A stretch of 64,000 bases of DNA, from the NCBI GenBank assembly GCA_041484665.1, contig JBGPIA010000018.1:32545-96544 (forward strand), written 5' to 3'. Positions 18,638-28,084 of this stretch are shown here, piece by piece. The stretch's first letter is position 1, and every line of letters begins with the position of its first letter. The translations under genes were made by a program, and so were the position numbers. This stretch comes from Candidatus Krumholzibacteriia bacterium (GTDB lineage Bacteria > Krumholzibacteriota > Krumholzibacteriia > JAJRXK01). The notes under the pieces were generated by a model. It saw nothing but the letters and a program-made list of their open reading frames with translations. It was not told the DNA's origin and ran no database searches.

Positions 18638-20044
18638 ATGCGCTTCCCGCTGACGTTTCCAACGATGCCCCGCACCACCGAGAGCGCGTTCGTCGGCACC
18701 GAGTCGCGCGTCCTCCCCCAGACAGGGACCCCCCGGGCGCGGGAGCGCGCGGGGCTTGGCCTGCTGACGGTTGCGTGCCTGCTCTTTGGCCTGGCGCCAA
18801 TGAGCCGTGCGCAGTGCGTCGGCCTGAGCATCGACGCCAGCCGCTGGTGCTCACCGTTGGACATTAACTTCTATTGGGCAGAGGGACTGAATGCCTGCGG
18901 GACATCCACGCAGTGCACGGCCTTCCAGGGCGCAATTCGGGCCGCCGTGCTAGAGTTCAACCTGACCGCGGTCAGCGAGCTGACCGCCCCGATCTTCCTC
19001 CTGGAGGCGGGGCCGATCGGGCCCAGCGATCCGCAGCCGGCCAGGGGTATCGTGTTCGCACTCCTGGCGGCGACGCCGCTCAGCTGCGCTGACACCACCG
19101 CCACGACGCAGGAAATGATCGGCGCAACACACACGTTCTACGCCGAGCAGACGGGATCGCCGCTGTTGGCAATCGGCGGCGCCAACGTAGGATTCAATGC
19201 ATCGGTCCCGTGGGGGAACAATCAGGCGGGCCGGTTCGACCGCAAGACAGCCGCGCTCCACGAGCTCTTGCACGCCTTGGGTGTGGGGCACGCCTCCGGG
19301 GATTGCTTGATGGCCACCACCGTCTCCTGCGGCCAGACGCACGACCTCGATGGCGACGCCCTGCTCGCGCTCCAGTGCCTGTACGGCGACCCGAACGGCG
19401 GGTGCTTCCCGATGATCGGGATCTTCATCGAGGCCAGCGTGGACGGTGCCGTCACGACCTACTTCGGTCAGTGCGATTGCTCCGGCGGAGGTTGCATGCC
19501 CAAAGTGGCGCATGCTTCCAGCCCCGCCGCTTTCGATTACGAATTCGCCGTGAGCGAGTCGGGTGGGCCGTACACCGTTTTCGCGCTTTTGCAGGAGAGC
19601 AATTTGCTGGATCACCGGTATACCCATCAATTCACACAGGCGTACTCGTCGGCGCTGATCCGCCTGCGCGTCCTCAGTGGCGCCGATGTCGTGGACGAGG
19701 CCTTCGCGCGGACCCCAATCGCCATCCAGCCCACGTCCACTGCAGGCCCTCCGGCCTTGCAGCCGCAGCAGCCGCTGCGGGTGCTGACTGCCCCCAACCC
19801 CTTCACGGGCCAGACGGCGATCTCCTTCAAGCTTGCCGTGGAGCAGAGTGTCGAACTGGCAGTGTACGACGTGGCCGGGCGCCGCGTGGCCACGTTGCAC
19901 GACGGCTTGCTGGGGGCCGGCGAGCACCGGATCGTCTGGGACGGCCGGACCTCGGCGGGCGGCCCCGCGGCGAGCGGGATCTACCACTGCGTCGTGCGGG
20001 TGGCCGGGGTCATCGCCAGCAGCACGCTGGCAAAGGTGCGCTGA
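18638..20044 (+). CDS. Matrixin-like (metzincin) metalloprotease with FlgD-Ig CTD
   Basis: HELLHALGVGH zinc motif followed by CLM (Met-turn). Signal-like LLTVACLLFGLAPMSRA. APNPF...YDVAGRRV...WDGR...SGIY. Start uncertain. Confidence 0.85.
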   Translation: MRFPLTFPTMPRTTESAFVGTESRVLPQTGTPRARERAGLGLLTVACLLFGLAPMSRAQCVGLSIDASRWCSPLDINFYWAEGLNACGTSTQCTAFQGAIRAAVLEFNLTAVSELTAPIFLLEAGPIGPSDPQPARGIVFALLAATPLSCADTTATTQEMIGATHTFYAEQTGSPLLAIGGANVGFNASVPWGNNQAGRFDRKTAALHELLHALGVGHASGDCLMATTVSCGQTHDLDGDALLALQCLYGDPNGGCFPMIGIFIEASVDGAVTTYFGQCDCSGGGCMPKVAHASSPAAFDYEFAVSESGGPYTVFALLQESNLLDHRYTHQFTQAYSSALIRLRVLSGADVVDEAFARTPIAIQPTSTAGPPALQPQQPLRVLTAPNPFTGQTAISFKLAVEQSVELAVYDVAGRRVATLHDGLLGAGEHRIVWDGRTSAGGPAASGIYHCVVRVAGVIASSTLAKVR

Positions 20045-20080
20045 TGGCGGGTCGAGCCCGCGCGCGCCTGCGCGGACCCC

Positions 20081-20572
20081 TCAGGCGAGCCGCTTCTCCA
20101 GGCACAGGACAGGCGCCGGTCGGAAGCCCTCGCTGCCCAGGAAGCCGATCAGGTCCAAGAGCTGCCAGTCCACCTGGGTCTGGACCACCTCGATGCCCAC
20201 GGCCCGGAGATTCATCTCGAGCTGGCGCAGCATGGCCTTGCCCACGTGTCGGCCGCGCAGCTCGGGCTCCACGCCGATCGTGTCGATGATCGCCGTGGGC
20301 TCGGGCAGGCCGAACTCGCCGTAGTACAAACGGCCCAGCAAGAACCCGGCGAACGTCCCAGCGCTCTCGGCGGCGAGCGAGACGCGGATCCCCGACTCGC
20401 GGGTCGCCTCGTCGATCTTGCGGCGGAAGTACTCATGGCGCGGCCGGCCGCTCAGGCGCGCGTCGATGCGCACGACCGCATCGAGATCGCGGGGATCCAG
20501 CTCGCGCACGAGCACGTGCTCCAGCCCGGTCAGCCCGGGCTCACGGAAGAGGTCGTCGGCATCGGAAGCCAT
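20081..20572 (-). CDS. GNAT-family N-acetyltransferase
   Basis: IDTIGVEPELRGRHVGKAML (motif A) and EGF near the C-terminus. Confidence 0.9.
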   Translation of the reverse strand: MASDADDLFREPGLTGLEHVLVRELDPRDLDAVVRIDARLSGRPRHEYFRRKIDEATRESGIRVSLAAESAGTFAGFLLGRLYYGEFGLPEPTAIIDTIGVEPELRGRHVGKAMLRQLEMNLRAVGIEVVQTQVDWQLLDLIGFLGSEGFRPAPVLCLEKRLA

Positions 20573-20769
20573 GGGTCACCTCGGTGGGTTGCTCCAGCGC
20601 CAACGATGTGACGCCGCTCGGCACGCCGCAACGTCGGTTGCGGCATGGCTCTGGGAGCGGGCTGCCGTGGCGGGAGCGGGCAGAGCGGACGGGACAGGGC
20701 GCCCGTGATCGCCCTCAACGTGGGCCATCCGATCTCGAACCGGTGGAGGAGCGCAATGGGGATCCCGCG

Positions 20770-21117
20770 TTCATGCGTGATCCGGTCCCAGCCGGCGCCG
20801 CGCTTGTCACAAGCGTGGCCGCGGGCGCGGTCGACGAGAATCCGGCGCATGAGGCGCGCCGCGATGGCAAAGAAGTGCGAACGGTCCTGCCACTCAATGC
20901 GCGTCTGGTCCACCAGGCGCAGATAGGCCTCGTGGACCAGAGCGGTGGGCTGAAGCGTGTGGTCGCTGCGCTCGGATCGCATCAAACGCGACGCGATCTG
21001 GTGTAGTTCCTGGTAGACGGCCGCAATCAGTTCCTCGCGCGCGGCGTCGGCCGACTGCGGGGACGCTCTGAGCTGCTGGAGCAGTACCGTGATGTCCGGG
21101 CGCGAGGCATCTGCCAA
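20770..21117 (-). pseudogene. Truncated ECF sigma factor (kinase-associated type, region 4 lost)
   Basis: ITVLL...VYQELHQIA...ERSDHTLQPTALVHEAYLRL...WQDRSHFFAIAARLMRRILVD.AR...KRG, after which the sequence is unrelated. Confidence 0.8.
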
Positions 21118-21219
21118 GGACGCACCGTCCTACGCTGGGCCGCCGGGGACGCGACGACGAATCACCCTGGAGATTGTACCAAATAAGTCCGCTCGGGGAG
21201 CGACGTGAGCGTGATGGTA

Positions 21220-23975
21220 CTACTTGATTAGAGCCACGCGGATGTGATCGTTCCCGGTCTCGCTGTGCATCTGCACGAGATACACCCCGCTCGACACCGG
21301 GTGATCCTCACCGTCACGGCCGTCCCATTCCGCCGCCCCTCGGCCGGCCGTGTGCGACCCGAGATCCATCTCCCGGATCAGCCGCCCCGCGAGGTCGTAA
21401 ATCCCCAGGGTGATCCGTCCGGCCCTCGCGAGCTGGTACTCCAACCGGGTCGATGGATTGAACGGATTTGGAACCGCGCTGATAAGATGGGATCGACCGA
21501 GGACGCTTCGGACCACCTCCACCACGACTTCCGGTGAACTGAGCTGTACCCGAAGGATCTGCCCCACCAACCGGTAGCGGAACCGTCCCCCCGTGAGAGC
21601 ATCCGCGTCCAGCCACGAGCCGGCCGCAGCGGTCTGGGCGCCGACCCAGTTCGCCACCGCCAACTCCTGCCCTCGCGCATCACCGCGCAGGATGGTCAGT
21701 CGATCGAGGGACTTCGCACCGTGGATGTCCCACTTCAGCCGCACGCCCTCGACCGTCAGCTCGGCCTCCAAATTCGCAGCGAGCGCCGGCACCGGAAAGT
21801 CCTGAGCGGAGATCGCAGCGATGCCGCGCGCGGGAGTCTCACCCATCCCAGAGAAATAGCCCCCCGCGTACACCGTCGTCGGGCTCACGGCAAAACTGGT
21901 GACGAGGTCGTTCGAATTCGGGTCCCAGCCTGTCGCCAGGCCGGTCGCCGCATCCAGGGCGGCGATCCGGTTGCGTGGCTGCCCGCCGATGTGGATGAAG
22001 AACCCCCCCGCATAGATCATCGATCCGCTCACCGCCAGGGCGTCGATCGAACCGAATCCCGCATCCGGGTCCCAGCCTGTCGCCAGGCCGGTCGCCGCAT
22101 CCAGGGCGGCGATGCTATTCGTGACTGCCCACCGACGTCGAAGAAGAACCCACCGACGTAGACCGTCGTCCCGCTCAACGCGATTGCATTGATCGAGCCG
22201 CCCGCATCCGGGTCCCAGATCGTCGCCAGGCCGGTCGCCGCATCGAGTGCCGCCAGCCCGCCGCGCGACTGCCCGCCGATGCTCGTGAAGTCCCCGGCGG
22301 CGTACACCGTCGCCCCGCTCACCGCCAGGACGCGGATGATGCTGTAAAGACCTGGGCTCGCATCCCAACCGGTCGCCAGCCCCGTCGCCGCGTCCAGTGC
22401 GGCAACGCCGACGCGCGCCTGGCCACCGATACTGGAGAAGTCCCCGCTCGCGTAGATGATCGTCCCGCTGGTCGCCAAGGCGTGGACCCAGGTCGCAAAC
22501 CCACCGCTCGGATTCGGATCCCAAGCGGTAGCATTCCCCGTGGTGCAATCGAGCGCGGCGAGGCCAGAGCGGGGCTGCCCACCGATGCTGGTGAACAGCC
22601 CGCCCGCGTATACGGTCGCGCCATCGACGGCGATCGCGGAGACCGCGCCGTTCGCGTCGGGATTCCAACTATCCAGAGCGCCGGTCGTGGCGTTGAGTGC
22701 GGCAATACCGTTGCGCACCTGACCGCCCACACTCGACAGGTCGCCACCAGTAACGACGGTTGGGCCATCGATCGCCAGGACGGAGACTCCACCGAACGAG
22801 TACGGGTCCCAGCTCGTCGCAAGGCCGGTTGTCGCGTCGATTGCGGCGAGATTGTTGCGCGGTTGGCCACCCATCCCGGTGAAGTACCCACCCGCGTAGA
22901 CGGTCGACCCGCCCACGGCCAGCGCGTTGACACCGCCGAAGTACGAGACCGTATTGGGGTCCCAGCTCGTCGCCGCGCCCGTGGTCGCATCCAGCGCTGC
23001 GATCTGGCTGCGTGGTTGGCCACCGATCGTGGAGAACTGACCCCCGGCATACACGGTCGACCCACTCATCGCGAGGGCCAGGACCCGGTTGTCCGGACTC
23101 GGGTCGAAGCTCGTCGCGAGTCCCGTCGTTGCATCGACCGCGGCGAGACTGAAGCGGGTCTGTCCGCCGGCGGCGTAGAAGCTCCCTCCCATGTAGACGG
23201 TCGGCCCGTCCAATGCCAGCGCATAGACGCCGTCGTAACCGCCCAGCTGCGCATCCCAGCTGGTCGGCATGCCGGTCGTGGCATCGAGAGCGGCGATCAG
23301 GGTGCGGGCGTTACCGCCGACGTCGGAGAAGGCTCCGCCCGCGTACACCGTAGTTCCGCTCACGGCCAGAGCATACACCGCAGAGTTGGGCTGCGGGTTC
23401 CAACTCGTCGCCAAGCCCGTGCTCGCATCGAGCGCAGCGAGGTACGCGCGAGCCTGGCCGCCAGCCTGACTGAAATACCCGCCCGCGTAGACGGTCGTTC
23501 CGCTCACCGCCACGGCGAGCACGTAGCTGTCTGTCCCCGGGTTCCACGCATCGAGGGAGTGATCGGCGAGGATGTGCGCGAGGTTGTTTCTCGGCAACCC
23601 GCCCACACCGGTGAAGAACCCGCCCACGTACCAACCGCCCGCGCCGTCGGAGGCCACCGCGCGCACCGAGCCATTCACTTTGGGCCAGCCGGGAAGGACG
23701 CCTCCGCTGGTGGCATGGATCGGCACGAAGTTGCCGGTCTGCGGCCCCACGTGGGTGAAGGGCCCGCCGATGTAGAGCGTGTTCCCCGACAGAGTGGTGA
23801 CCGTCACGATACCATCCGTGACAGAGAAGTCCGGATCCACCTCCTGCGCTCGCACGGAGACGGTCGCCACCATCAGCAGCGCGAGGAATGCCGTGCCGGT
23901 GGTGGCGGAATGGGAACGGGCGGGCAACGCGGTGCAACGCGTCAACTCCGCAAAATGGCGTGCACAAGACCACAT
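21220..23975 (-). pseudogene. Secreted beta-propeller repeat protein with FlgD-Ig CTD, one frameshift near 22120
   Basis: About 49-aa repeats V.ALAVSGxTVYAGGxFxxxGGQxRxxLAALDAxTGxATxWDP. The frame switches at GQSR/NSI (one base missing). CTD VPNPFNPST...SSGVY. Confidence 0.85.
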
Positions 23976-24318
23976 GAGTTGGGACCTCCAGCGAGTTGCA
24001 GAGCCCACCTGCTTCCGGGTCGGTGGATGGGCGCCATCCGGCCGACCGCGACAGTACACAATTTTGGGCCCGGCGTCTTCAAGCTGCCGACTGCTTCCGT
24101 TTCGTAACCGTGAGTACCTCGCCCGCGTTCGGTACCGCCGCGTGTCGTGGTTGGAAACCTCCCTCAGCCACGTCTGGAAAACCACCGAGTCCGCGGCCCA
24201 AGCTCGCGAGTGGCACGACGGGATCACACCGAGTCGAATCACGTTTGCGCGGCGGATTGCGTGTACAATGACATGGAAACTCCGGCGGTGCTTCAACGGT
24301 CCCGACGATGGAGGCGCG

Positions 24319-25750
24319 ATGAAGGCGCTCTGCGGTTTGGCCCTCTGTGGGGCGTTGCTCGTGGGTCCTTCTCTGGCCCCCGCCGCTGCGATCCAGGGTG
24401 TCGACACAGGTACCGCAGGCTTCGTCGGCATGTCGGAGTACGGCCCTCTCGATCAGCCGGTGTTCGTGGGGAGTTTCGCGGAATTCCTGGCGGCCTTCGG
24501 CAGTTCGACTGCCGGACTCCCCCACCCCTACCTTGCCTCGTCGGTCGCCGCCTTCTTCGCGAACGGCGGGCAGCGCCTCTACGTGGTGCGCGTGGCCGGC
24601 GGCGACGATGCCTCTTTCATCGGCGTAGACGGTGGGGCGCTCGGTCTGCGGACCGGACTGCAAGCGCTTCGAGACGTCGATGAGGTCAGCGTGGTCGCTA
24701 TCCCGGGGGCGGTCTCCGGGGCCGGTCCAAGCCGCCATGATCTCGCAGTGCGAGGCCATGCGCGATCGTATGGCGGTGCTCGACCCGGCCACCGCGGTCG
24801 ACATCGATGGGGTCCTGCAGCAGCGTGCAAGCCTGACCTCCACGCTGGGGCACGCTGCTCTCTACTTCCCCTGGATCCAGGCCGCGCCGATGGGTGTCTC
24901 GCTGCTGTTGCCGCCCAGCGGCTTTGTCGCCGGCGCGTACGCGCGCACGGCCCCCCCACAGTCCCCGGCTGGCAACGTGGTGACGGCCACAGGCGTGAGC
25001 GTCAATCTCACGACCCAGCAGCTGGACACGCTCAATCTGGCGGGGGTCGACGCCATCCGGACCTTTGTCGGACTCGGGGTCCAGATCTGGGGCGTACGCA
25101 CCATCTCGAGCGACAGCGACTGGAGATACGTCTTGGTCCGGCGTATGGGTCTGTTTCTCGAGGAGTCCATCTACGAGGGAACGCAGTGGGCGGTGCTCGA
25201 GCCGAACGACGCGATCCTGTGGTCGAGCCTACAACAGTGCGTGGAGAGTTTCATGTACGGGCTCTTCCAGGGTGGCTGGTTCCAGGGCACGACGCCGCAG
25301 CAAACGTTCTTCGTCCGGGTGGACCAGACGACCATGACCCAGCAAGACATCGACGAGGGGCGCACGATCATTGTGGTGGGCTTCGCGCCGGTGCGACCTG
25401 GCGAGTTCGTCATCCTCCAGATCGTGCAGCAGCGGAACTCCAGCACGGGCGCCCCCCCGAGCGCCCCGCAGTCCTACAGCCTGTATCCAGCGGCCCCCAA
25501 TCCGTTCAATCCGAGCACGTCCATCCGGTTCGACCTTTCCGAGGCTGGGCGTGTCGATCTTCGGATCTACGACGTTGCCGGACGCCTGCTCGCAACGCTG
25601 CAGCGCAGCGATCGCATGGAGGCCGGAGCTCATCGGGTGGTCTGGGATGGCCGCGATGGCGAGGGCGCACCGGTGGCTTCGGGCGTGTACCTCTATCGGC
25701 TCGACGCCGGCCCCTTCGCAGAGACGCGCCGGATGACGCTTCTAAAATGA
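24319..25750 (+). CDS. Contractile tail-sheath homologue with signal peptide and FlgD-Ig CTD (extra G at 24718-24721)
   Basis: GGAGG RBS; MKALCGLALCGALLVGPSLAPAAA. Sheath motifs IQGVDT.TAGFVG, FFANGG.RLYVVRV, AALYFPWI, PPSGFVAG.YAR, IWG.RT, WRYV.VRR, QWAV.EPND, FFVRVD, VGFAPVRP.EF.I. Then APNPFNPSTSIRF...ASGVYLYRL. Confidence 0.88.
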
Positions 25751-25965
25751 AGGAGTTCGCTGTCCCTACCGGACCGCCGGTCGGAGAGTCTGCGGCAGGC
25801 GTGATGCCGGCCACACCCGGCCGTACGCATGGGGAATCTCCGCGGCGATCAGACATGGGGCTGGCCGCGGGTTTCCAACGGTGGCCTCAGCCGGTCGCTT
25901 CGGTCAATTGCTTCCGACCACGCCCGCAAGGCGATCGTTCCCGACGATCGCTGCGGGCGATGGGC

Positions 25966-26508
25966 TCACCAGCGTGCAGCCTTCTTGCGCGACCGCGGCC
26001 GCGCCGGCGCTAACTTGGGCGGGTTTGGGGTCGGACGCCTCGGCCGCTGTTTGGCGGACACCGACTTGATCACGGTATAGCCCTTCCCGCTGGCAAGCAG
26101 CGGGGTCTTGCCCTGCGCAATGGCCGCGCGAAGCAGAGACGCGACCGCCGGCTCGTCGAGCTGGGCGATGCTCTCGAGCCGGATGAAGCGCCCCTGGTTG
26201 CCGCTTCCCTCCAGCAGCTTGTGGGGATCGGGGAGCTTGGCCCCCTGCATGAAGTAGAGACTGATCCCCCTGGCGAAGACGGCCAGCGAGACGAAGGCCT
26301 CGGATGTCCGCTCGTTGGGCCCAAAGCCAATGGCGAGGGCGTTATAGTTGTCGTAGACCAGCTCGACTGCGGTCGGGAATCGTCTGCGCAAGACCGCGCG
26401 CGCCGAGCGCACCAGCCTCCCGATGGACGGGTCGAATTTGGCGATGAACCCTGCCAGCTGCTTGGCTGGCGACTCCGGCCGATCCGACTTGGGTGATTTT
26501 TGCGTCAT
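25966..26508 (-). CDS. DUF1801/YdhG-like protein
   Basis: ELVYDNYNALAIGF and GAKLPDPHKLLEGSG..RFI. Confidence 0.75.
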   Translation of the reverse strand: MTQKSPKSDRPESPAKQLAGFIAKFDPSIGRLVRSARAVLRRRFPTAVELVYDNYNALAIGFGPNERTSEAFVSLAVFARGISLYFMQGAKLPDPHKLLEGSGNQGRFIRLESIAQLDEPAVASLLRAAIAQGKTPLLASGKGYTVIKSVSAKQRPRRPTPNPPKLAPARPRSRKKAARW

Positions 26509-26728
26509 GAAGATCTCCATCAGGGGGCTTACCGGTTCGGCTCCGTTGCTGCCGTGTCAGGTCTGCGGTGCCGGCGCTGCCGTGTCAGGTTTCCGGTGCA
26601 GGCCCCGCGGCGTCGGCTTCAGCGTGACGACACCGCGGCGCGCGCCGGATTCCCGCGGCCACCGGAATTCGCAGCTGCGCGCCATCCATTGCGTGTAGAG
26701 TTCGCGCGGCGGGCGGCGCCAGAGCGAC

Positions 26729-27220
26729 TCAGTCGAACTCACGCCGCGCGGCAGCCTGCTCACGCCCAACGCGCCCGGGCTTGATCTCGGCGATGAAGTA
26801 GTTCTCGCCCCGTACGGGCGCTGCGGCCATCCGCCGCAGCATCGCGATCTGCCCGACGTGCGTTAACGCGTCTGCGACCGGACCCTGGAACAGCTCCTCT
26901 GGCGAGGCCACCAAGGGCTCCTGCGACGCCAGATAGGCGTCGAACCGCTCGAGCCCGCCGAAGAACCGCTCTACCTCCTGCTCCCATGTTCGGGTCGAAG
27001 TCTCTGGCCAGCGCTGCCGCCCTTGGGCCAGCGAGAGCGCCCACTCGAGCAGATCGCCGATGTGTCCGAGGATCTCGCGCGGCGTTCGCGTGGTCTCGCC
27101 GACTCGAAGCGCTCCGAAGTCGGGCGGCGCGTCCCGCAGCACCTTACCCCCGCGATAGGCGAGGGTCGCGATGGTATGCTGGAGCAACTCACGCTTTGGA
27201 TCTGGATCCTGTCGTGCCAT
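26729..27220 (-). CDS. DinB-like four-helix protein
   Basis: TPREILGHIGDL and DALTHVGQIAMLRR. Confidence 0.75.
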   Translation of the reverse strand: MARQDPDPKRELLQHTIATLAYRGGKVLRDAPPDFGALRVGETTRTPREILGHIGDLLEWALSLAQGRQRWPETSTRTWEQEVERFFGGLERFDAYLASQEPLVASPEELFQGPVADALTHVGQIAMLRRMAAAPVRGENYFIAEIKPGRVGREQAAARREFD

Positions 27221-27519
27221 GAGAAGTCCCCTGCGTCCCGTCACCGCGGCTAGACTGCGCCCAGACCACAGTCCTACCGCACTCGGACCGCCAAAGGCCG
27301 CCCGCCGCCGATCGTCGCTGGCCGCCAGACACCGGTACCGGCCAGGATCCTCGTCCGTCCGAGCTCGGTCCACCCTGCCGCGGCCACACTTCTTGGCCCC
27401 CCACTACGCGGGCGGTCATGATACTGGCCCTGATACTACGCTCCCGGGTAGCGAGACTCCAGACCCGCCACGTTGCGCGCGGGCCTCCCGGATTTCGTCG
27501 CCTCCCCACCCTTGACATG

Positions 27520-27670
27520 GCTCACGTATGGCCACTCGTTGGCCAACCCGCGCGCGACCTGGATTTCGGGATCCCCGAGGGGGTCGCCATTGAGGATGTC
27601 GGCCAGCACGCTCCATTCCACCCAACTCTTGCCATGATCCTCGCTGCGCAGGACGGCCCACGCGCTGGAG
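27520..27670 (-). pseudogene. Possible BNR/Asp-box protein fragment
   Basis: WAVLRSEDHGKSW is a single Asp-box with no surrounding gene. Confidence 0.3.
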
Positions 27671-27749
27671 GGCAGCGCCATGGCGGACAGGAACAGCCGC
27701 TAGAGCACGAGCACCGCGAGGTGACGCATGACGAAAGACCTCCGGGAAG

Positions 27750-28084
27750 ATTTGGGCTTGTCCGAGGATGTGTTGATGGGAGCCGTTGACGGCGCATGAA
27801 AAAAGGGGTTCACCCTCCGGTTGTTGCACAAGCCGAGAGGAGGAACCCCCATGGACGGGCAAAGGCGACTCGTGGTCACCCTCGCCACTACGATCACGAT
27901 ACCCCCCGGCGATCTCGATTTCAACTCGCTCATCGCAGCATTCCGGCAGTTCGGCGAGTTGAGCATCGGCCGGCTCTTCGAGGTGACCCTGGGCGCCTTC
28001 GAGCAGCGGCTGGGCGAGGAGTTCATCGCCTCGCAGCCCGGCCGCTTTGTCTGGTTTGGTCGCCCGGGGAGCAAGCCGAAGGAG
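27750..28084 (+). mobile_element. Probable IS left end and N-terminal transposase fragment
   Basis: Leader AAAAAAGGGGTTCACCCTCCGGTTG...GAGGAGGAACCCCC-ATG (27851) resembles IS transposase leaders. About 78 aa of non-kinase sequence follow, joined in frame to a kinase fragment. Family not assignable. Confidence 0.4.

Noticed and set aside
23779..26013. Prophage, eCIS or T6SS locus around the sheath gene
   Set aside because: No tube, baseplate, VgrG/PAAR, terminase, capsid or integrase is recognisable. The 744-aa ORF is only the sheath N-half extended by GC-rich read-through.
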